Part shown: positions 48,602 to 62,384 of the stretch, piece by piece
Position numbering within the stretch: position 1 is the stretch's first letter
Layout of the letters: each line of letters opens with the position of its first letter
Assembly: GCF_001194135.2 (NCBI RefSeq)
Contig: NC_068981.1
Span: 157,022,979 to 157,086,978 of the forward strand
Length of the DNA: 64,000 nt
Direction of reading: 5' to 3'
From: Octopus bimaculoides
Taxonomy: Eukaryota
Notes under the pieces: model-generated
Seen by the model: the letters and a program-made list of their open reading frames with translations, nothing else
Database searches by the model: none
Told to the model about the DNA's origin: nothing
Program-made: the position numbers and the translations under genes

Positions 48602-48980
48602 TCATCATCATCGTTTAATGTCCGCTTTCCATGCTAGCATGGGTTGGACGATTTGACTGAGGACTGGTGAAACCGGATGGCAACACCAGGCTCCAGTCGG
48701 ATTTGGCAGAGTTTCTACAGCTGGATGCCCTTCCTAACGCCAACCACTCAGAGAGTGTAGTGGGTGCTTTTACGTGTCACCCGCACGAAAACGACCACGC
48801 TCGAAATGGTGTCTTTTATGTGCCACCCGCACAAGCCAGTCCAGGGGCACTGGCAACGATCTCGCTCGAAAATCCTACAGGAGCCAGTCAGGCGGTACTG
48901 GCAACGGCCACGCTCAAAATGGTGCATCTCATGTGCCACCCGCACAAGAACCAGTCCAGGGGCACTGGCAACGATCTTAC
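48602..48980 (-). mobile_element. SINE family A copy with a duplicated internal subunit
   Basis: Near-identical to 47362-47651 over the first about 270 nt; the GCCACCCGCACAAG..CCAGTCCAGGGGCACTGGCAACGATCT block occurs twice. Confidence 0.85.
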
Positions 48981-51900
48981 TTGGCTATATATCTAGGAAT
49001 ATGACTATTAGAGACCAAATTAATGAAAACATAATGTAGATGTAAATATTCAAAAAACATTTCAGGTCTTAAGACATGGATATTGGTTTGATTAATTGTG
49101 GCTGCATTATATATCTTAGCATTTTGTGTCCTTAATTTTCTTTTGAAACTTTGCATGTCTTCCTTATTTCAAGCTTGTCATTAGATAGTGTAGGTTTACA
49201 ACACTACTGAATAACAGTTGAAGAATCTCACATCACTGTCAAAAAGATGTAGGCAACAATAATAACAGTTTCAAATTTTGGCACAAGGCCAGCAATTTTG
49301 ATGGAAGGGTATTAGTTGATACCATAGATACCAGTACTTGAGTAGTACTTTATCAAGTCCGAAAGAATGAAAGACAAAATTGACATCAGTGGAACTTGAA
49401 CTCAGAATATAAAAAGTTGAAACAAATACTAGAAGGCATTTTTCCCAGTGTTCTAATGATTTTATCAGCTTAGAAAGTTTAGAAAGATTACTCTTTGTAT
49501 TATGTATCAAACTTTGTATTTAGCTCTTACTCTGATGCCTCTACATAAGAAATAAATGATAATTTTCCAAAATGTATCCATGTACTTTACGGCAGAAAAG
49601 CTTCCTCTGTTTTGAAGCTTTCCTAATGTTGTCTAGTTTCCCTCCCCTGTCCCCACCCCTATTTGTGTTACTCTTTCTTTTCAAGCATATAGATTCAACA
49701 GTTATTGCATTCCACCACAGTCTATATTCTCAGCATTTCTGTAGATGTAAGCAAGCTGAATATGCAAATTATAAATCAGTAAGAGTATTTGATATTTCTT
49801 GAGAAACAGGTGTAATATTATTATTTAATTGTAAAGTTTTATAACAGTGATTCAATTGAGGATAAAGTCGAGACATCTCTTTGAATGTCTAGCTGCTAGA
49901 CCAGCTTTGTCACCTACCAGCAGCACCTTGATTTAAATTGGAACAAAATAAAATTATACGAATATACAACGAAATTAAGTATATCCGCACGTATATAATC
50001 ACTTATACATTTATGTAGTATCACATTTACTTTCATATAAAATTAAAATAAAGCGATAACTGGATAACAACCCTTGTTCCAAATAGTTTTTAAAATTCCA
50101 CCAAAAGATGTCGCCTTATTCCAAGAACTGACCAATCATATTCGTCTTTACTTTGTAGAATTTTAATGTAGGTGAGTGTTGGAGCCATTGTTGTATGGGT
50201 TCACTTAAGTAAAATTTTCGGAATTTTATGCTATGTACGTATATTAATTTAATATTTGCTCAGTAATGTGATTCTCCCCCCAACAGAATAGACTGGCTGG
50301 ATACAATATCATTATTTTATACATGCATTTGTTTCTTCAATTTTGGATCATTTATATAATAGTAATTTCCACCTTATGTGTTAGTAATTCTCATCGAAGG
50401 ATTATTTAATGTCGACTTCCATTCAGTGCTCGATGATCCAATATTTTTCACCACAACACTCTTTTGACTGAACTTTTTAAAGGTTTTGAATTGGTTATAT
50501 CTCTCTCCAGGTTTTTCTTCTTACAATTTCTTTAGGTGCGCACTAACCCCAATGGATTTCCAGTTTTACTATTTTCTGTTTACTAATCATTGGAACTAGC
50601 TACCATTTTCCTTTACTCAAATATCTTACACACATATATATAGATATGTAAAAAAAAAATGTTTTCGGTTATAATATTTTGTTGTTTCTCCTTATACTTA
50701 AATAGTTTAAAAATTACCATTTCTAAAGATATTTTCCTTACTACTCCCCCCCTCTCTATTGTATCATTTATGCCGTAGGCGAAATTTATTTGAGATACAT
50801 GATTCATATATTACATTTGAACATATACTGAATTTAGCAATGGATCTAATCCAAGTACGATCGTTTTCATATATTCCATTTAGTTTTTACTGTATGAGTG
50901 TTTATGAAAACACATTTGTCTAATCAGTGTTTTAAGCTGCACATATGTGTTATCACATGCTACCGTGGATCTAGTAGTTGTAAAGCATTGATATATCGCA
51001 GACTGACAGCTAATTGGAGTAATGCGTAGATGCAGGGTTATTTTAGAATTACTTTTATTGCAAGTTACACCATTTTTCTTTAATATTTCATCAGTTGTAA
51101 CAATATAATGTTCCCCCGCCTTTCTTTCTCGCCCGTTCTTTTTCATGGCCTTTCTATCCAGGTCACGTGGCCATTTACTGTCTGTCTACCTCCCCCTCTC
51201 TGTTATACACCTTCACTGTAGCTTCTGTGATGCCTCTCCCAATTCTCTTCTCTCTCTCTGCTACTACAACTCTTACTAACAATGACTATTAACGCTTTCT
51301 CTTCAAAATATATCTTGACTATTGTCCATAAAGATTATATATTGACCATTTTATTGATGTGTTCTCTTTCCATCGTCGCCCTTATTAACGAACCTTGTAT
51401 GATCTGTTGGTACTAAATGACTACTGTGATATACCCTTTGAGTAGTTATATGTAGCTAGCCGTGGCCAGTTCTAATCTAGGTTGGACAGATGTTGGCGAA
51501 GGTTCCTTGTCTTACATCTCAGAATTTCAGTAGCAGCGCAATATGATATCTTCGTTCTCCATTATTAAATCTTCGTCCCTACCTACCAAAATGCCTCATT
51601 ATTTGAGGCAATTAACATACTAGCTTTATTTTTTGGACTCGTTCAGTTCCTTAGGCTCATTTGTAATATAAGTATGTATATATTTTTGCGTTTGAATTCA
51701 ATTTTAGCTTCATTTTTCAAATTATCTTCAACTCCTCTTGTGTGTTATGTTTTATTTTTGTTATAAACTATTATTCGTAAAACGTAAGAAAAAGATGAAT
51801 TTTCTAAAAAGACTTCAAGAATGTAGAATTATTATAAAGGTCAGCCTAAAGGAAATAGGTATTATATAAAACTATATAGTATTATTTTGGTGCTTGCTTT

Positions 51901-52193
51901 TCGTTTAAATCTAGCATCTATTAATAGAAAATATTTTATTTCTTACTTTTTCGTAATTGTTTACTTTATAAACGCTTTCACTTCCTCAGATACCCTTCCT
52001 TAGTGGGCTAGTTAAAATATTTATCACCCAACAGTCGGCCATGTTGTAGATATGTTAGTATCACCATTTATCAAACTACTTCTCGATTTACCATTGCATA
52101 CCTCACAAGTTTGCTGATATGTACCACACTTCCATTACCATTTTACTTTTTGTTTGTTTAGGTCTTCATTCCAAGTTATGTGTATATATATAC

Positions 52194-52241
<48 letters not shown>

Positions 52242-53739
52242 AAATACCCTCTTTCAAAGACTTGAGTAATCGAGTTGTTTGCCCCTTCCACGTCAAATTG
52301 TTTTCTAATGGTGTCTTCTAGTTTTCCTTTCAGTCTTGGTATTATCTCCCTCTCCCCCCGCTATAAGCCTACCCCCTTTTTTTTCCAAATGTGTTTTCAT
52401 TTTAGTTTTCATTTTAATTATTGCAGTTGGTCTTTCCCGATCCCCTTTTTTTGACATATCCACAAAGTAATTTCCCCTATTACGACTTGCTGCTTCTATT
52501 TACACATTCCTGTCACCTTCAAAACTACCAGCTTTTTTTTTTTTTTTAACCAACACTTAGCTTCTTTGTTAACGTAAAAACTCGTTTGCTTTCACTTTTT
52601 AGTGGTCAATTTATATAGTTTTAGTGAACCGTATCCGTCTAAAATATGTATTCATTACATATATCTATTTAAAACGACCACTTTAATTTGATCTTACTTT
52701 TGTTTGTTGATTATGTATAATTTACTTCAATTCTTGGAACAAACTAATATATGGATGATATTCTATTTTGATAGGACTGGTTGTATTCTTAATTATACAA
52801 AGTAAATTAAAGAAGGTAAGAATAACTTTATACCATTTTCAGATTTTAATTTTCTATGTGTGATTTCCTTACTCATCTTTTCCACTAAATATTCAGCTAG
52901 ATTTAAGCTGTATATACATATATATATGTATATAAATATATCAGGTTTTCATTTTTCTTAAACTGAAAACTGTTAATTTGTTATTGCATGTTCTGCTTTA
53001 GCTTCAAATTTATCTTTCATTAATATGACTATTTGATAGAATTAAATATAATTATCACTCTTCTGGTTATCTCACAATATTTAATGCGTCTTTTTATTGG
53101 TGTTTTTTTTATTGTTTTTACAATGTAGCTTTGTTGTAACTTCCTTGAAGTATATTGGTCTCTATTTTTGTTTTGATGTATTAGGAAATATTTGTAAGCA
53201 TTTAAATGCCCTTATAGTCATTAGCACTTGAGAAAGAAATGATGTTCCGGGTCGTTTACGAGGGACTTTGCAGCTTCTTGGTTTGTATGATTTTGTTATG
53301 CTATGAATTAGTAGGATGTCTAGTGAATAGTATATTCTGTTGATTAGCTCTATTTTCAATGTTGCTTTCATGTTTCATTGTTGTCTTAGTACTTCCTCGA
53401 ATACATATGTATGCTAGTTTGAATCTAGTTCATAAATTTTATTTTCTATTAGGGTTTGTTTAATTGTGATTAAGACTGTGTGCATGTAAGTGTGAGAATT
53501 GTTGTTTGAAGAATTTGATGTTTATAACTATGATTTTTGTTGTCCCAGCCTGCTCTTCAAAGAATAACCAAGTTAACTGGATTTTTCAGCCTCATCTGCT
53601 TTTTATTTGGGTAAAGAAAGATTGAGTCACATTATTTTATTATGTTGTTAGAAGTCTGTAACAAAAAAGTAAAATTTGAGGATAATTTTTCAGATCCCTT
53701 TAAATCCAACTCAGCAGAGTTGTAAGCTGTTCTTTAGTG

Positions 53740-53787
53740 ATGCAGCAGGCTCGTGGTGATGATTTTGCAGTTCACAAGAGTAAACAG
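53740..53787 (+). CDS. Probable upstream coding part (MQQARGDDFAVHKSKQ) of the proline-rich gene; exon about 53694-53787
   Basis: Acceptor TTTTTCAG at 53693, in-frame TAA at 53701 upstream of ATG 53740, donor CAG|GTTAGT. Phase 0 joins the 54416 exon in frame. It could instead be a 5'UTR exon. Confidence 0.5.
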
Positions 53788-54415
53788 GTTAGTTAAGGAG
53801 ACTTCAGATAACCTTTATTCTCAATGAAACTAGACATGTATTAAATGTTGGGGGGTTTGGGATGTTAGTGACAGCTAAATAAAGAGTAGTATGGTACTGG
53901 TCAGGTTTGTATTTCATGTGTTACATGTAAAGCTTTTTTGGAATGACTTTAAGTATGGATGAACAGATTTTGATTCAGGCTAATTGTAGTCTGTATTTCA
54001 TTTCATTCTTCTTGTGGATATTAATTCTGAGCTTGAAGTGATGAGTTTTTGTTTCATCCAGTCAGCTTTAGATGAATAATCACTGCTGTGGAATTTTTAT
54101 TATTAATTTGATTCTTCGTTCCTTTTCAAGTTTGTTATAAATTGTATTTTGTCACTGTATTGCTTGAACTAGTTTTTGTCCATTTATATTCTAAAACCTT
54201 GAGTTAAGCTTAATATAAGAAAAACAACTGGGCATGTCAAAAACGTGTCTGATGTGTTTTGACTAATCTTCTTGCAATTATGTGTTTTCTTTGTTTTCCT
54301 GAAATTTTCCAAAAGAGAAATGTTTAGTTGTATTGTCTATATGCATGGTCTAATGATTTTTAATTTTATGAGTGCCTACATCAGTTTTTTTTTGTTTTTC
54401 TCTTTTTAATTCCAG

Positions 54416-54961
54416 AGAAATATGAGTTTTTACAATAGCATACCGCCAAGTGAAAAGCCAGGACTTTATCCTGCTGGAACCTTTCCTACAGCCAGTTATG
54501 CTCCCTCTCAACCTGCTGGAATGCCACCTGCAGCAACACCACAACAGAGATTCCCATCAGCTACTCAACAATATGCAATGCCTGCAGGTGCTGCCACACC
54601 CTCATTGTACACTCCAAGTAATGGGTATACACTAATGTCTCCAGCTTATGCTTCATCTCCTGCACCTGGAGCATTTCATTCTGTTGGTTACTCTTCTCTT
54701 CCTTCCATCCCATCGACGACTCCAGGTTATCCTACCGCCCAGTATCCTACTACAAACTTCCCACCAACTCAGTTGCCAGGAAGTAGTGCACCATACCCAG
54801 GTTTGCCAGTCAGTAGCCAGTTGTATACAGGAAGTGGGGGTTATAGTCCCCTTCAAAGTGTTCAACCTAGAGCCTACACCATGCCACCAATGGCATACCC
54901 AAGTACACTTGGCACAAACCCTACATACCCTGGTGCTCCTCCTTTTGGGCCACCATATTAA
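54416..54961 (+). CDS. Pro/Tyr/Ser/Gly-rich low-complexity protein, main and last coding exon (ATG 54422, TAA 54959-54961)
   Basis: Strong acceptor (long T-tract, TTCCAG at 54415); a 179-codon open frame markedly more GC-rich than its flanks with coherent composition bias; followed by AT-rich UTR-like sequence. Family not recognised. Confidence 0.85.
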   Translation, partial: RNMSFYNSIPPSEKPGLYPAGTFPTASYAPSQPAGMPPAATPQQRFPSATQQYAMPAGAATPSLYTPSNGYTLMSPAYASSPAPGAFHSVGYSSLPSIPSTTPGYPTAQYPTTNFPPTQLPGSSAPYPGLPVSSQLYTGSGGYSPLQSVQPRAYTMPPMAYPSTLGTNPTYPGAPPFGPPY

Positions 54962-55372
54962 AAAAGGTGTCAATAGCAGCAGGTGGCTAGGACTGAAGCT
55001 TATATATGTTGTATAGACCTACTGCATCTGGTGTGTTTGTAAATCTGGGCCCTTATTGGCCTAAGTTGAATTTAATTCTCATGTTTTTATGCAAACAAGG
55101 CTTCTTATGTATCTTATACGCAAGATAAGGGACTAAACTTATCAGGTACTCTTTGGTAGACATGGTGGTAACCGAAGTGCAACAGGGAAGTTGGTGAAGA
55201 TAGGCTACTTAATTCATTCTGTTGCATAATACGAACATTTTTATGAAGGCCAATCTAGGTGTGCTATATTATATATATATGTATAATTTTATGATATATA
55301 TTGCACACATACTCTTTCCCCTGCTTCCTTTTTCTTTACTCAACAGACTTTAACTATAAAAGGAATATTTTA

Positions 55373-55414
<42 letters not shown>

Positions 55415-56037
55415 AAATATAGATACACACACATGAAATACACACATTTTTCTTTTTTTAGACTTTTTTGTTTTTACAGACAATGCATTTTTATATTTTG
55501 ATAACATTTTTGAAGAAACTGCTGTTTTTGTTACTTTTTTTTCAAACTATTTGTCATGTGGATCTTGGTACCAAAATGAATGCACTTGGTTATTACTCCA
55601 GTATAAGTAAACCAATATTGGTTAATGATAAGGTCACATTTTTCTTTTTCTCATTATTACACTGCATGTGCTTTCATTGACTTTTTTTAATCAACCTTGT
55701 CATTAAGCCACTATTCATTGCAATTTCTTCTTTGAATAATTTTAGTTCAGCGTTTTCACATTTTACAAATTGCATTGAATTTCTTGGTTTAGTTTTATTG
55801 GATTATATTCTTTCAACAGTGTACTGGTCTTTGATTGGAACTGCTAATTGATATTCCACAGTAACCTGTACAGAAGTCTAGAAAAGCATTTCCTCTCTAA
55901 ATTCTGTAGCATTCATCCATGACACAATACATCATAGATAGCTATTTTTAGCAAATATAAATCATAAAGAAAATTTTCTCCTCAATTTCCCTTTCTTCCC
56001 TAACAAAATGGCCTTATATCCAATAATGAAGATAAAG

Positions 56038-56081
<44 letters not shown>

Positions 56082-56553
56082 NNNNNNNNNNNNNNNNNNN
56101 NNNNNNNNNNNNNNNNNNNNNNNNNNNNNNNNNNNNNNNNNNNNNNNNNNNNNNNNNNNNNNNNNNNNNNNNNNNNNNNNNNNNNNNNNNNNNNNNNNNN
56201 NNNNNNNNNNNNNNNNNNNNNNNNNNNNNNNNNNNNNNNNNNNNNNNNNNNNNNNNNNNNNNNNNNNNNNNNNNNNNNNNNNNNNNNNNNNNNNNNNNNN
56301 NNNNNNNNNNNNNNNNNNNNNNNNNNNNNNNNNNNNNNNNNNNNNNNNNNNNNNNNNNNNNNNNNNNNNNNNNNNNNNNNNNNNNNNNNNNNNNNNNNNN
56401 NNNNNNNNNNNNNNNNNNNNNNNNNNNNNNNNNNNNNNNNNNNNNNNNNNNNNNNNNNNNNNNNNNNNNNNNNNNNNNNNAAATAAAATATTTTAAAACT
56501 ATAAAATATACAATTACTTTTTTTTTAACTTAGATTGTAGTTTGCATTATATA

Positions 56554-56594
<41 letters not shown>

Positions 56595-58543
56595 ATATAT
56601 ATATATATATATGGATTCAGTATCCAAGTTAAGAGGGAAGGATGTTGGATTTTATTCGATAGAAAAGGTGTCTTGATGTTTAAATTTCTTATTTGACTGT
56701 TATCTTAAGTTCCTCTTTAACCAGTATTTTTAGAGCAAGAATGTGTATTCAAATACATTTAGGATAAACTTACTTTGAAGAGGTTATATTTTCTCATTTT
56801 TCTATGAAGTTATACAATATAAAGTGAATCTCTAGTAACTTCTATAAAGATACTTTTTAAATATTTCTTCTGAAGCCTGTTTACTGTTAAGACAATCTAG
56901 ATTCAAAGATGTGAGATGCTGGTAGTTATTTTTATGAACATATTTATTAGATAAACAGCAATCTTGTTCAACTAAAATATTCTGTAATAAATTAGAAAAT
57001 CTATAATGTTTTTTTTTTATATATACTAATTAGTGTTTGGACATATTTCTAACAATCCAGTGTACAGAAATGGATTAATCAAATTGGCACGTGTAAAAAA
57101 AGAAAGCTTTTCCCTAATGTAGAATTATATATACCCTAAACTTGTGTACTAAAAATATATCAGGAGACCTATATTAATATGTTAGTTTCATATATAATAT
57201 ATATATATATATATATTTATTAGTGCTTTGGAAAGTTTAAGAGAAGTCTTTTGTTATACTACTTCTACTCAACTTTATTCTTTTAACCTTGGTTGAAGGC
57301 AAAATAAAAGGATCATTTTAAATAACACTTTTGTGCTTTTTTGTTCCTCAAAGTACAAATATTAGTTATCTTAATAGTAAAAATACAATTTTAAAATTGT
57401 ACATGGAAAGTTATATAAAATTCAGATGGTAATATTGAATTAATACTGGAGATGTTTTTAAAGTTCCATAAAGTTGGAATAATTAACCAACAGTATTTTC
57501 ATTGATAACTTTTCTCTAAATTCCAATCCATACTATTTTTTAAAGAAAAGTTAGAAATTTAATTTACCTGTATAATGACCTGAAATAATATTCCTAAGTG
57601 GATATGGTTTCTCGTGTGAACCATTGATAACATGCATGGAAAGAGTTAACCAAATTTGTTGCTATCTGATTGCAGAGAGCTCATAGCCTATGTCAATAGG
57701 TTATGAAAGAAATTTATGAAATTGGGCAATATCTGCAAGATGACTGGTTTCACAGAATCTTTTGTATTAACATCACAGCCAACTATAGTTCTTAAACTTA
57801 ATGATTATGAACTTTAGTTCTGCTTAATACCTTCAACTGCTGATGGTCCATAATTGTTTGGGAGGTGGGTAAGAAAACTCTGATATCTGACTAGTGTTTA
57901 AGTGAGTGTAGTGAAATTATGATGGTATTATTGGTCATTTAACCCAATAAATATTGTCAACTTGTAATTTGTTTTAAACAAACACTTTTTTATGAAACTG
58001 TGAATTATTCATTAGTTTCTTTTTTTTTTCTTTTTTTTTTTATTAACCTCATGACAGCAATAATGTATTATTGAATTTCATGTCTGTTCAAACTTTGGGT
58101 TTTATGTACACACACTATCATTTCTCCATAGTAAAACGCATCGTTTCTTTTCCTCCACCATCACTTAATTGGATATCAGATAATGTGGAAGAAAAGAATA
58201 CATATTCATTTCTAGAAAATGGAAACAATCACCTGTTTTTTATGTATTGGTGCAATGTGTATTACAGTTTTTTTTTATTGTATGTGTGATGCTGAACTTA
58301 TTCTGAAGAGGCTGTAAAATAGCAAAACTATTTGGATATAGAGTTTTCTATGAAACAGGTGAAAATAAAATTTGGTGAGGAATATATATTACTCTTGTTT
58401 GTTTGTTTTTTTCCAATTTTATACTTGTTTGTACAAGAATTTTGTTGGCTATTCCATGAAGTACATTGACTACTGACAAAATTTTTTAATCTAATTTGTC
58501 TTAAAAGAAATTGCTCATCATTAACAAATAAAAATGCTTTTAA

Positions 58544-58737
58544 CCCTTTAGCATTTAAACTGGCCGTATTCAGCCAAAATATTCCACCTGTTTTGTGGCC
58601 TTTTGCACCAGCCCTACAATATCATTCTAAAAATTAAGTTCTTGTCAAAGTCTCATAACTACAAAATAATGCATGATTAATTCAAAACAATGTTAATGAA
58701 TAAGCATTACTTTTGACAGAATGTGAATGCTCAAGGG
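58544..58737. mobile_element. piggyBac-type non-autonomous MITE
   Basis: TTAA on both flanks (58540-58543, 58738-58741); termini CCCTTTAGCATT and AATGCTCAAGGG are inverted repeats matching at 11 of 12 positions. Confidence 0.8.
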
Positions 58738-61700
58738 TTAAAAGATATTCCTTTCCCCTTCATTGGTGCTTTCATGTCCCTTTTTCTATGCATGCATAGG
58801 TTGGATGGGTCTATTTCAACACAGCACCTCACAATTTTCATGGTCCTTCATTTGAGACAACAGCAATTATTATAAAATGTGGCATTTTTTTACAGCTGGA
58901 TGCCTTTCCCATTGTCAAGCACTTACACAGCATAAGACTCACTGCATTTTATTATGCCACCAGTAGTCCAAAGGTTGTCAGCCTGGGCTAAACAATTTGC
59001 CTCAGTTTCACTGTGGCTTGCAGAGTCAGTGGCTCTTCCATTTCTTCTTGGCCATTTTGATATTTGGAAACAATTTTCTTTTAAAACCCATTGAACTGAT
59101 AATAGTACAAAGTTTATTTATGCAAGTTTGCATAATGCATTGTAACTTTGCTTGTATTTCATCGAATGCCTATTCTTCAGGCTTCTGCTTTCTAAAGCAG
59201 AAAATAACATTTTTTTAGAAATTTACTTTTTTTTCTAACTTATTGAATGTTTTACATTATTGATTTATATTGAAGGCTGTCTAAGTTACTACAACTTTAA
59301 TTTTGTCTATATACACTATTACAACCAGAGCAATACAAGGCTCTTCTACACTATATAACTAAGTCTGAAACTAAGATTAATTCTATAGACTGTGGCTAAA
59401 GGAAGTGTACCATCTTGATATTAAACGAAATGGATTTTCAAATGAGAATTCTAACATTCAATCTATAATTAACTAATTCATTTCAACTGAAATCTGAGAA
59501 GTTTTATTTACTTTCCATGGAAAATTCTATTGTTTTGGCCAAACTCTTTATTTTGCTGTATTAAATAGGCTGTGGTACATTTAGGTTACTAAACCAAACT
59601 TGTAATTAAACTTCCACAAAATTTTACATTTAATGTAAAATAATTCTTAATTTCAATATTGAAATAGCGTCACCTAATTGTCTCTGTCACTGGGGACACT
59701 TGTAAAGATATAAATTCTAGTTCTCATTAGAGTATTTATTTCCTGTTTCCACTCTTTATTTCAGCAACAATGATGGAAATATTTTTCACATAAGCCTGAG
59801 ATTTTTTTTTCTTTTTGTTTAGTATGTGGGCATTAGATATGAAAAGATCTTGACTTACTTTTTAAAACTTGGGTAAATAGTTTGTATGGTACTTTATTGA
59901 ATCTGCCAAGATATCGGTCAATGGTTTATATTGCCAAAACTGTTGTCTATCTTCATGTTACTTGGACTTCAATGTTGAGTCCACTATGTGCTCAATACTG
60001 ACAGCTATTTAACTTTAAGTCAGTCTGACTGTGAAACGCATTAAAATAAAATACAGATAGTATAATTCACTGCTGCTATGAGCAGTAAGACTGAAATGAA
60101 TATTTTGTTGGTTTGCAGAATGTTAAGTTTAATTACTAAATGTCCATACAGCATAACACTTGTTCGCAATATATATATATTGTCCTATACAGTCGGGGAT
60201 TTACTTCACTTGCTTAATGCTAGAGAAACAAAAATTGAGTTCCAGTTACTAGGATTCTGATTGCTCTTTTATTTATTGTTGTCGAAGCTATTTACAAAGA
60301 AGTTTAAGACCAGAGTCTTTTGGGGATTTTTATAAACTGAAGATCTTCATAGAGAAAGTTCCAAACTTAGAAGAATGGTCAACCTAACAAAAACAAAAGT
60401 ATTAAATTAGTAACATTTGCTTCACAAATCATGTGAAAATGAATCTTCCAGTTTTCCTTGACCATGTTGCAATATTACTCTATGGTTCAAGTAAGCTTGT
60501 TGCTGAGTGTCCAATAAAAGACATTGTCAACATGTCACATTTGAATTTTCACAATGCTAATCAGAAGTTAGTTAAAAAGCAAATTTGTGAGTTTAAACTG
60601 GTCCCAGACTCTCTGTACAAGAAGGTAATGGTATAAAAATGGAAACAATTTCTATTGATAACATAAGCTATATGTATTAAGCATATATCACACTGGGGAA
60701 GGTTGGTGTTCATAAAAACATCACCCCAAGGTATTTTTCATGAGATAGGTTTCAAAATGAACGAGGAACTCATGATAAATGTCGGTTTTAAACACTGAAA
60801 ATTAAGGTAATCTTATGAAAATGAGAGTAGTAAAGAAAACTTAGCATTTATTAAATATAATGAAGTGAAATATTGAAATGTTCAGAGAATAGTGTTTTAA
60901 CAACCCTGCTGGTATAAATACAAATAGTGTCCTGGCAGAGTTCATATATATATATATATCATCATAATTTCCTTGATTGTATGGGTTGGATAGCTTGACT
61001 GGATCCTGTGAGCTGCATCAAACTCTAGTGTCAGCTTTAGCATGGTTTCTACAGCTGGTTGCTCTTCCTGTTATCAACCACACTAGTGTCTTTTTTTTTT
61101 TTTTTTCCTCTCTCTATTCAAGGTTACCATGTCACTTGCAAACCAAAGAAAAGAGCCACTGTGACTAAATGGGGGTAGTATTTGAAAAGTGGCTTTGTGT
61201 TAGGTGTTGGGAGTTTAAAGTATGATTGGGGATAAGTGCAGGTGTGTTGCTATTGAGTTACATGGCTGCTTTATTTTATAAGGGTCGGGGAGTAGCTATG
61301 AAGAAAAGGTAGTTGCAATGAGATGCTAAATCAAACCCACAAGGAACAAGGAGGTGAGCTTAAAGGATACAGACAGTAGTTCAGGAGGGGTTGGTGATGG
61401 AGGTGAATGTAGTGAGTGCTGAACAGAGGTAGGGGATACATGGCCTGATTGGAAATAATGGTTGTGGGTGAGGCAAGAGAGATAAGTGACTCAGATGATG
61501 AGCAAAGCATAGTGTTAGTAAAGGAGCTGCAGTGATGCATAGGTGTAACTATAGTGTAGTGAGTGGTGGTGGATATGAGAGGGAGTTGAGAATGATAGCA
61601 TATATATCATCACCGTCGGTTAACATCTGCCTTCCATGCTATCATGGGTGGGACTGTTTTACAAGAGTCGGCCAGGCAGAAGCATGCACCAGATTTCTGT

Positions 61701-62384
61701 GACTGTTTTGGCAGGATTTTTACAGCTGGATGCCCTACTTAACACCAACCACTCAGCAGAGTGGACTTAGTGGTTTTATATGGCACAAACACAGGTGAGG
61801 TCAATTTTGGCAAGGTTTTTTTTACAGCTGGATGTCCTGAACACCAACCACTTTACAGCATGGACTGAGTGCTTTTTAAGTGGCACTTGCACTGACAGGA
61901 TCACCAAGTACTTGCAAGACAAAAAAAAACTTTCAAGAGGGGAGAGGGCATTGGAGGAGGTGGTCTGGTGTCGAATGATTGTAGTGTCGAAAGGTTGTAG
62001 TGAGACAGGCAGAAACTGGTGTCTTGCTGTATAAGAAGTACAAGGTTACCCGGCAGGAGAGAGATCATGAAAGGTTCTAGTGAGACAGAAACAGGTGTGC
62101 TACCGCAAAGGAAATACATCTTTACCCAACCTGAGGGATGTGCAGGAGAAGGAGAGAGAGAGTAGGAGGCAGCAGGATAGAGATGGTGGAAAAATGCCAG
62201 GCATACTCACAAGGGACGGGGATCAGAATATAGATGGAATGGTGAATAAAGGAAGAGAGATATACAGATGAGGGCATACCCTTGAAGTTCAAAACGCCAT
62301 AAGTGGCAGGATATTGTGAAGGAAGTGGGGGAGTGAGTGGCAAAAAACTGAGTATGTATAGAGTCAGGGAGCTACCGGATAGCA

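Noticed and set aside
49820-49930. Minus-strand IKVLLVGD resembling a small-GTPase G1 lead-in
   Set aside because: There is no GxxxxGK[ST] P-loop, a stop lies immediately upstream and the frame closes after about 26 codons.
54653-54973. Overlapping antisense and alternate-frame ORFs over the proline-rich exon
   Set aside because: Expected by-products of a GC-richer, proline-biased coding frame; no independent splice or start support.
55040-55150. Weak resemblance to the U2 snRNA 5' end (GGCCCTTATTGGCCTAAG)
   Set aside because: The branch-point recognition sequence GTGTAGTA and the Sm site are absent; a chance match in UTR-like DNA.
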